Source: a virus (Duplodnaviria; Caudoviricetes). From it: a DNA stretch of 28,340 bases. How positions within the stretch are numbered: the first letter of the stretch is position 1; each line of letters begins with the position of its first letter. A program made the position numbers and the translations under genes. The stretch spans positions 1 to 28,340 of the IMG/VR virus record IMGVR_UViG_3300005512_000251. One strand, written 5' to 3'. This document shows, piece by piece, positions 14,601 through 22,900 of the stretch. A model generated the notes under the pieces. It was not told where the DNA came from. It worked only from the letters and a program-made list of their open reading frames with translations, and made no database searches.

Positions 14601-16757
14601 TTCTCCATCAACAAGTTTTATTTGATCTCCAATAGAAAAATCTGCTGTAGAAACGGTATTTAAAAAACTAATTTTTTTGAGAGGTCTTACCGTAACTGGA
14701 TATGTTATGGGTTGGGATAAGTTAGAAGCATTGATAGTAAGAAGATCATTCTCTGAATATCCACTACCAAAAGATGTTAATGTAAATTCTTCAATAACTC
14801 CCAAATCTCCAATTGTATATTGGAATTCTGTTGTTGGAATACCATATGTTGGAGTAAAATCCAACACAGATGACCCTGGAAATGTTGGAGTTGTATTTAG
14901 AGTAATTAAATTTCCAGCAACTGACAAAACACTAGCATTTTGTAACTGTCCATCTCCAGAAACAACGGTTACAATAAAACCAGATTGTATTCCAGTAGAA
15001 TCGGCAACTGTAAATGAATTTAAGCTGGTTGTTCTAAAAGAAAGAGAAGCTGCACCATCACTGATTGGATTGGCAGAAAGTGTAATCTGGGTAGAACTAT
15101 CAACACTGGCAACGGTGGTGAATTGCGCCAAGAATCCAACGTCTGCTCCACCATTTTCAACAATCATTCCTTGTAGAATTCCTGTTGTATCACCAACTGT
15201 AATTTGAGTGGAAGCAGTGCTCAAGGTAGTATTGACGTTATCTATTCTACCAGGAAGATCTACAGAAACTCCTGTAACTGGTCCAGGTAATTCTAGAACA
15301 TCTCCAGATTGATATCCAGTTCCCTTTGCAGTAAAATCAAATTGCGATACAGTAAGAGGATCTGTAGTAACAGTATATGAAAAATTTGACCCATAACTAT
15401 TAAAAATAGAATTTGCTACATCAATAGAAAGAACATCATCCTTTAAATAACCAGATCCATTATTGGTAATATTTACAGAAGTAACTGTTCCTTCCTGAGT
15501 AACTCCAGAAATAGTAAATACAAAATCAGATCCAGTTCCACCAACGTCAATAGATAAGGCAGAAATTTGATCTCCTAATTTATATCTATTACCATTATTT
15601 CCAAAATTGAATGAAGATATAGATCCAGATATAATTTCAATATCTGCAGTTGCAAAATATCCATATTCTCCAATAGAACCTTGAGTAAGATTGATGGTGT
15701 TTCCCATTCCATCGTGTATAGTGCAGTAATACTCTATTGTTGTTTCTACTGACTCTGGAAAAATAATTAAATCTATAAATGCTCCCGCTGTCCCAGGTGT
15801 TCCAACAGTGCTTACTAGGAAAGTTGATGGTAATGTATTTCCAATGGAATCTTTAAAAGCAAATGGATGTCCTGATAGAGAAGAATCGGAAAGATCAAAT
15901 CTATAAGTATTTCCATAATTTAAATTTAAAGATGGATTATTTGCGCCATCAATAGTGTAAATAAAATTTGGTGGTGGTGTTCCTGGATTTGCTACTGTGG
16001 AAACTACAAAAGTTTGTGTTGGAACATTAAATAAAGGAACACCAGAATATACTCCATCGGTGTAATTAGATCCAGGATTTGTTATAGAACCAGAAAGTGT
16101 GGTTGTTCCAGAAATATTAACATCTGCTCTAGCACCAGTTCCAGAACCACCAGATAGTAATATATTGCTATATGACCCTACTTGATACCCAGATCCAGGA
16201 TTGGTAATGTCTCCATCAATGCCCTCAACTTCAAATGAAGCAACTGCATTAATACCATTTCCACCAGATAACGCTATGCCAGAATAAGATCCTGGTGTAT
16301 ATCCCACTCCAGGAGAAGTTACGTTTCCAATATATTCGGTTACTACTACAGTAGCAGTTGCTCCACTTCCAGTTCCTCCAAACAAAGGAACTGATGTGTA
16401 AGTTCCTGGATCATAATTTGATCCATAATCCAAAAAAGATAATCCGCCAGCAGTTAGAATATTTTTTCTAATATAAAAATCTTTGTATGTTGTGAAATTT
16501 TCACTTGAAATATCAATTAATTTTTTACCAGAAGCAACATATCCTAATGTAGAACTGTCTGGTTTGTAAATACCAAGAGAAGCATCTGAAGTAAATGCTA
16601 GTGATGGAGCAGTTCTAGTTCCATCTCCCAACTTCAAATTGCCAGTAGCAAGATCGCTACCGCCTTGAGAGATACTGAAAATTTGATCACCAATCTGGTT
16701 GATCTTCTGCCTTTGAATTTCAAAAGTATCAGTTCTTGTGACGTTAATTGCTGGCAT
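11655..16757 (-). CDS. Large virion structural / fibre-associated protein (1700 aa) with cupredoxin-like, CBM-like and duplicated fibre modules
   Basis: N-terminal TDTFExQRxKIN motif; GDGTRTAPSLAF fibre motif; many PGxGY repeats; GHP...YYCTIHDGMG; two GSIRYNTD...YEGY...W.SLGGV.D.DGNTYI modules. Confidence 0.8.
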   Translation of the reverse strand: MPAINVTRTDTFEIQRQKINQIGDQIFSISQGGSDLATGNLKLGDGTRTAPSLAFTSDASLGIYKPDSSTLGYVASGKKLIDISSENFTTYKDFYIRKNILTAGGLSFLDYGSNYDPGTYTSVPLFGGTGSGATATVVVTEYIGNVTSPGVGYTPGSYSGIALSGGNGINAVASFEVEGIDGDITNPGSGYQVGSYSNILLSGGSGTGARADVNISGTTTLSGSITNPGSNYTDGVYSGVPLFNVPTQTFVVSTVANPGTPPPNFIYTIDGANNPSLNLNYGNTYRFDLSDSSLSGHPFAFKDSIGNTLPSTFLVSTVGTPGTAGAFIDLIIFPESVETTIEYYCTIHDGMGNTINLTQGSIGEYGYFATADIEIISGSISSFNFGNNGNRYKLGDQISALSIDVGGTGSDFVFTISGVTQEGTVTSVNITNNGSGYLKDDVLSIDVANSIFNSYGSNFSYTVTTDPLTVSQFDFTAKGTGYQSGDVLELPGPVTGVSVDLPGRIDNVNTTLSTASTQITVGDTTGILQGMIVENGGADVGFLAQFTTVASVDSSTQITLSANPISDGAASLSFRTTSLNSFTVADSTGIQSGFIVTVVSGDGQLQNASVLSVAGNLITLNTTPTFPGSSVLDFTPTYGIPTTEFQYTIGDLGVIEEFTLTSFGSGYSENDLLTINASNLSQPITYPVTVRPLKKISFLNTVSTADFSIGDQIKLVDGEILSVPALTASTLIDIGSSYTNVSSSTSGNGIGATFDIIRDSQDGTPFVTVNSSGRFYADGDTVTISGSLVGGSSPTDDIIFVLSSNDISSSTTAEIYDIFSSSGNIDFMFVDAASVYATEEIVNTTTSPFTPYTIDTELDVDKFFIDVGSGPSLHPDITVYSGNNYIFDFSDGSNTGHTFSLSKYRDGVWSPSYIENVSSVADITSTTLTVADTTGILPGMAITVLAGSVGNLVAGTFVESVDSATTITISALPLSNGDISLDFYGTEYTEGVTRTSTSLQILVTDLTESPLYYYCANHEDEAGEDNLESTLTLDTNNPKIFGSGFSVRASQISTTDLLSYQFNTEKFATNDIECEDIDSNTGSIDSLTSVSISSNSLLTSTITGSAGVLNLSATTANLSGSFNIGSSAQVQISGLTGNITTSGILKTTDSLNVNDALIVTDNNIASTSGNNILLTPATGRVTKVNTNTALTIPAGSTNDRPAAGVVENGSIRYNTDTGQYEGYSASTTSWSSLGGVRDLDGNTYIAAEASIGANDNTLYFYNDGNNSVSVTPSYLQFVDVKKIRSVNTTAPAYTDYTTNTQVTLGQYLKYQNNIYEVTVAGQTGTSGNEPTHTTGAATNGTAELTWYTTAIAPLTFEEVSEVRIDPLGFTDLVVNAELRFSTNVISTDLNDLIIQPNSGKKVTIDAETSLVIPVGDNNQRGVALQGSIRYNTDISQYEGYDGSNWTSLGGVKDVDGNTYIIPETAPGANENILYFYNDGINTMRLSANALDFTNIDAITSQNNNLDIEAQTVTFNSLSATIDTSGTSTFISTTKDNLDLGLAVGLNVDPLLRLDINGDIYLNKAFGTGSFDGLKLFNSDLSIFELADLAISTSDIGLIKGGTNAGAATLYDPASQSGARVSVSVVNQTTGDKEMIEYQVIDKGSDIYHTEIGNLKTGANQVTSVFDFDANNNVRVTFTLDDNLTVGDVVNITVVKNIFKN
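12305..13270 (-). repeat. Internal duplication (~105-aa module, two copies at about 12955-13270 and 12305-12610) in the 1700-aa protein
   Basis: LTIPAG...GSIRYNTDTGQYEGY...WSSLGGVRDLDGNTYI...GANDNTLYFYNDG versus LVIPVG...GSIRYNTDISQYEGY...WTSLGGVKDVDGNTYI...GANENILYFYNDG. Confidence 0.9.
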
Positions 16758-16950
16758 TTTTTACTAACTCTCTAAGTAGGGATTTAATTTCAGAGATTTC
16801 ATCCTTCAACATATTTATGTCGTCCAACGCGGAATTTAATTGTCTTTGTTTACGTCTTGCTTCTATAGCAGAATCGTTACGATTCAAGATAGCACCTGTG
16901 GTCTCGTCCCTAACGAGACCATCATGCCCCTTTACTTTGATGTAAGTCAT
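16744..16950 (-). CDS. Small conserved coiled-coil protein (68 aa)
   Basis: YIKVKGHDGLVRDETTGAILN followed by heptads INMLKDEISEIKSLLRELV. I recognise this type as the usual neighbour of the VrlC-like gene in cyanomyoviruses. Overlaps the next gene by 14 bp. Confidence 0.8.
   Translation of the reverse strand: MTYIKVKGHDGLVRDETTGAILNRNDSAIEARRKQRQLNSALDDINMLKDEISEIKSLLRELVKNASN
16812..16819 (-). promoter_or_regulatory. Possible internal late promoter CATAAATA for the 1700-aa gene
   Basis: Reads tatttatg on +, 54 nt upstream of the ATG at 16757, inside the 68-aa CDS. Confidence 0.4.
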
Positions 16951-16959
16951 ATGCGGAAA

Positions 16960-19900
16960 TTAGAAAGCAGCAACAGCACGAATATCTTGAATCTTAGGAA
17001 CATATACAGGGTCAGTTCCTTTCATAACGATTTTTATAGCAAACGATGAAAACTCTGGAAGGTCAGCAACACTATATGTAATATCTTGATATGAAGATTG
17101 TCTTTCAACAATTCCTGAAATAGTGTTTTCGGAATTAGCAATTTCTAATGAATCAGGTTGACCATTATCATTAAAATAAATCCACTCAAGATCATCAAAA
17201 TTTTCTTGACTAGAAGATTTCTTATACTTATATAAAACTTCTACATCTCTTATATCTTTTACATTGAGAGTCAAATGTACATCGATTGCTGTTCCTGGAT
17301 TACTAATAGATACTTCTCTTGTAACATATTTTGCTACCGAAGAACTATTTTTTGATGTGTTATCAGAAACATAATTAACACCAGAAGTATAAGAAATTGA
17401 TTGAATTTCTAGAAGTCTAGCATCTTCATCGGATTGACTTGCATACTTAACAATATCACCTACTCTAAAAATGTCAGCTATTTGATCATTCACAACAGAG
17501 TTTCTGTTAAACGCATCATTATCTTGTATTCTTCCAGTAAAATCATCAGCAATTGGTTGAGTATCAACTCTTACGGTTAATTCTTGTGTTTTATTATTCC
17601 AAATAACAGTTTTACCAGTGATAATATTATCATATGTTTCTAAAATAATAGAAGGATTTCGTGCTACAATAATTTCAGCATCAGCAATATTAGTAAATAC
17701 TTGAGTTGGATTTGTACTTACTGTAGAAGCAGGTAAATCTTCTCCATTGACATCTTCGACTAATGTTGGTTGATTGCCAAGAGACAATCTTTCTCCTCTT
17801 TGGAATAATTGTGTTGTTTTTAATATAACATATGCTGTGCTACCATCCATACGTGCTATAAAACCAACAGCGTTTGAATTGTATCCTTCAACAGATTGAT
17901 TTTGTTGAATTTGTACTCCAACAGGACCAGAAATTTCAAATTTATATACTGGGAAGAATTTGATTATTTGATCTCTTCTTCCATACCTATCTTCTTGACC
18001 AAACGCATTTTCAATTCTGTTGGAAACTAATTTTACGCTACTGGAAGAAAGATCTATAACTGGAGATACATCTGTTGATGATGAAGAAAGGGATAATTTG
18101 TATAATAATGATCCATCGATATTATTCAAAGTTTGATTAATCTGTGAAGCAATTACTTTTTGATTATCAAAGAAATGTGGTTCATTCAAGAATGTCTTTT
18201 CATATGCTGTCTGAGAATATGAAGTGTAATTAGATGTGTCTGAATCTACGGGAACAATATTTGTGGTTTTGACCGTTGTTTTAATGCTGGTATCACTAAA
18301 TGATAGATATTGAAGTTGTGGATAAAGAACTTCAAATTTTCTATTATATGAAGCATAAACACTATTTCCACCTCCATTGATATTACCAGTAGCAGAAACA
18401 GCAGATGTAATATTATAAGTGTCTATACCACTGTTTTTAATTTGGAATAAAGAATCATTCAGAACAGATGCAGTAACACCTCCAGTTTCTTTTGCAGTTC
18501 TATAGAATACATAAGAGTTTCCAGAATCTTCAAATCCATGATCTCTATGATTTACATTAATGATATAATTATTATTGCCAAACAATTTAGAAGTCGCTTG
18601 TGTGTTAGCAGTAGCATTTGTTTGGAATGGATTATTATCTAATAGTTCATAACCAGTATCTTCATTTACAAGAATTAATTCGGCATCTCTAGAAATATCA
18701 AACTCTGCTTTGTATAATGTAAATTTAATATCTTCAAAATTATCTTCAGTCCAACTCTCAGTATTTTGAGATCTATACACAGAACCAAGAGATGGTTGAG
18801 TAGTAATTATCGTACTCGTAGAAAGATCTGTTTCACCAAGTCTAGAAACCCACATGTAGTAATCAACAGAATCTGTTTCAACTACAAGAGCATATTCTGT
18901 ATCATTCTGTAAATATACTGGATAGTCAAAAGCAAAATGAGTTGGTGTAGTTGACTCTGTAACACCCTCAGAATCGACTGCTACGCCCATTCTAACAGCA
19001 GGTGTATCGATATCAATACTAGTTTCAATCAAGCATCCTCCAGCGCCATTACCAACACCTCTGATGACTACAGATGGTGCTTCGGTATAACCAAATCCGT
19101 TCAAAGTAATTTCTGCATTATAAACTTTTCCATTAGAAACTTCTACAGTAGCAGTAGCAATTGATCCACCTGGCAATTGAGGACTTTCAATTGTGATGAT
19201 TGCGCTATCATAATTAGCGCCAGTATTGATAATTTTAATATCTGATAATTTTCCACTGTCTTTAGCAATTGTCAATACCGAACCAGTTGCTTCAGTATTG
19301 TTTGCTAATGTTACGGAGGGGATAATTAGAGTTTCATTTTGGTTAAATGATCTTCCATTATGATTACTGAGAACCATAGTGTAGACTTGTTCATTGGTCA
19401 ATAGATATCTACCAGTAGAGGATGGAACCAACTCAGTACCATTTTTATCAATGATTGCTTGAATAGGACCACTAGCAGCAGATGTAGAACCAGTTACATT
19501 CTCACCTCTAGTAACATACACGTTACCGTTTGTATAAAATCTGATATATGTGTATGGAAGTAAAACTTTTTCCGATCCAGGAATAATATTTTTTCCTGGT
19601 TTTTCAGCATCAACATTGGTGATATAAGTTTTAATGGGAATATTTGAACTTTTTTTATTGAAAAATAAGTCTACACCTGTAACAAATAATCCACCACTGT
19701 AGTTCTCTACTTTAAATGTTTGAGCAAGTGGATTTGGTCTAATTGGGTTATCAGTATTGCTGTTGATAAATTGAATTCCTTCATTAGACTTGAAGAATGC
19801 TGGTTTTGTTGAAACAATACCAGATGGATTTTCTGGTAAGATACCTGTAGCATAGTATTTAACTTCTGCATAAGTATCTACTGTTGATTTACTTTCGTTT

Positions 19901-22900
19901 GTAGAACTTGATGTAAATCTAAAAGTTTTAAGTCCTGTCAGTATTTCTACTGCTTCTCTTGAGGTATCATAATCTACCGTAGTGACATCATTTGTCCATG
20001 TTGTATTCTCTCTTGGTGGATGACCAGATGGAAGCAGAATTAAACCACTTGCATTACCATTAGAATCTGTTGTGATCGCTCCACCAAAAGCAGAAAGAGA
20101 ATTACCAGCAATTCCAGTAAATCTTAAATCTGGATTAACCCAAGCACTAATATCTCTTCCCTCTAAAAACACATAAACTCTTGTGTTTGGTTTTAATCTA
20201 TTAACAGTAAACTTAATAGGAACACTACGAGCATAGAACTGTAAAGACGTTGCAACTTTGTTGCCCCTTACAGTTTTTGTTTGAACTCCCTTTCCTGTAT
20301 CATTGTTTTGTGGACTAATATTTGATGAACTTGATACTGATGCGATATCAACAGTTTTTTCAGAATCTACACTATTGACTTCACCAAGAGAATTAATTGA
20401 TGTAAATGAAGGAGCGGCACCAACCCAATTGATAATGAAAGAATTGTGTAAACTAGCAAAACTTTCTTTTAGACTTACTTTTGATAAAAAGATTTTATAT
20501 AAATCAGTATTTGTATCTACAACAATTGGTTCTTTTGATTTATCATACCATTGATCAATGCTTGGAGAAAGAGTTGATTCTCCAACATACTGTAAGACAA
20601 CAAAAGGATTTGGATTTATTGTTTTCGAAGCAAAATTATTTCCAATAATAGACTCATTGGAAGTATATGGTAAAGTGATAATATCACCAGATTTTTTATA
20701 ACCAGAGACAAATCTTTGATCTTCTCTAGTATTAAACTCTTTTAAAATAAATGAGTCTTCATTTGATTGTGGTCTTAAAACAGATTGTTGTGAATCAATA
20801 GAGCACTGATAATCAATTGATGAAAGATTTCCTGACCTATGAGCTTCAAAATTATCTACGAGGAAACCAGACTTAAATCTATCAAAACCAATCTCATCTT
20901 TAACCTGCATATTAAGAGCTTGTTGCTCTAAAATACTAAGTGATGTATAATATTCTAGTCTTTCAATACGTTTTTCTAATTTACCAATATCACGCATTGT
21001 AAAGCGACGATTATCAACTGGTGTGATTCTTACGTCTTTACTAGTCTTTGTATATGCTGGAATATAAGCATAGAATAATGGAATCGCATCTTCAATTAGA
21101 TCTGGTTTAGATGGATTCAATGAAGAGTTTCCTTCTTTTACGATAAAGTTACCTTTTTTATTAAGGAAGACACCATCAATCCTATCTAGATATTGAATTT
21201 GACTAAACGATAATGTATATTGTAAATTGCTATCTGGAGCAGGTGTAGAAGCAACTACAGCACCCGATCCAGAGAAAGATCCAACTGTAATTGATAATGA
21301 AGATTCATCTTGGAATCCAGCAACTGTTTTAGCAGAATCAACTTTTGGTCGGAAATCAATAACATTTTTTAAATCAACAGTACCTAGAACAGATGAATTA
21401 AAAGATGGAATTTCATCCTCTGTAACTCCTGCTTCATGAACATAACTATCAATAGTACAGAAGTCACCCTGAGACTGATCAAAATAATCAAATGATACAA
21501 CTAACTGACCTCTGGTTTCTTCATATCCAGGTTTTAAAACAATTCTAGAAACATCATATACTGTATCTCTTTGACCATTGTCAAATGTAAATCTATCAGT
21601 TACATCTACTCCAGAAACAAGATTACCTGCAGAATCTACATCGGGTGGTTGAGTAGCACTGCCTTCATAGACATAGTTGAGTTTATAAGCATCAGAATAT
21701 GAAATAACTTCAATAACTTCACTATCATAGTCAGTTCCTCTCAAAGGAATTACAGAATCGCCAGAAGAAGAAATGACAATTCTTCTATTTTTGATTGCTG
21801 TTTTTAGTCTTGGTTTTGCATTAGAAACTTCAACCGTTGCTGTCAATTTAAGTTTGGGGTATGATCCATTTTGTGGAATAATTCCAAAATAAGTTGAAGG
21901 AAGTGTAAATGTAATACTACCAGCAGTCAATCCACTGACAGTATCGGTAGACGATGTTACTGTTACGCGATCTTTATCAACATATACAATGTCGCCCTTT
22001 AAAATGTTTGGAGCATCACCAGGATCTAAGACAGTAATAATATAATTCTCTTCGCTAAATTCAGCAAATCTTTGTGTTCCAAATTCCAATTGTGCTGCAA
22101 AACTGATAATACCACCAGAAGACGAAGCAGTGGTAACAAAGTCTCTACGGAAGAAATACTTTATGTTTGTATTTTCTGGTGAAGAAACAATCTTTTTAAC
22201 TTGCTTACTGCCTGTTGGGAAAAGTAATGTTCCCTTGCTTGAATTTTCAACTTTGGGACGCAACCTAACAACACTTGTATTGACAACATCTCCAGGAAGC
22301 ATCATGTCCAGATAAATTCTGGACTTTTGTGGTCCCGATTTTATAGTAGCATATTGAACTGTTGTTCTTACAATATTATTATCAACATCAGAGAATTGAA
22401 TTAAATCTCCCTGCTGTAAAGCATTTGTGGCGTCTGCATTAAAACTGGTAGATTCAATGAAATTATATCCTCTACTTCCAAAGAATGTATATTCTGTAAC
22501 AGAATTAATTTCGGAATATTTTTGATCATCTATAACCACATCGGCAGTAAAAACGTTAGCACCACCAGACCCAAAAGCAGATGCTAAAGATTTAACATTT
22601 TGAGGGGAATATGTTGTAACCGAATTTCTAGTGAGAACAGCAAGAACAGCTGCGCCTTGAGATGGAGTAGCAGAACCATCTGGTTGCTTAATCGTAACTG
22701 CTGGTGGTTGTGCGTATTCAGTTGATAAAGCACTCTTATTATTAATTAAAGCAGAATAGAATGATCCATTCGCTAGGCGCTGTAAATCAACAACAGAAGA
22801 GTCATACTCAACACCATTAATAACAAGGTTGGATCCATCGGCATATCCTAAACCGCGATTAGCAACTACAAAATGAGAAATTGTATTGTCTTTTGCAATT

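Noticed and set aside
13300-16560. AT-richer central part of the 1700-aa gene as a recently swapped segment
   Set aside because: A visual impression only. The VrlC-like gene is similarly AT-rich, so a computed GC/codon profile is needed before claiming mosaicism.
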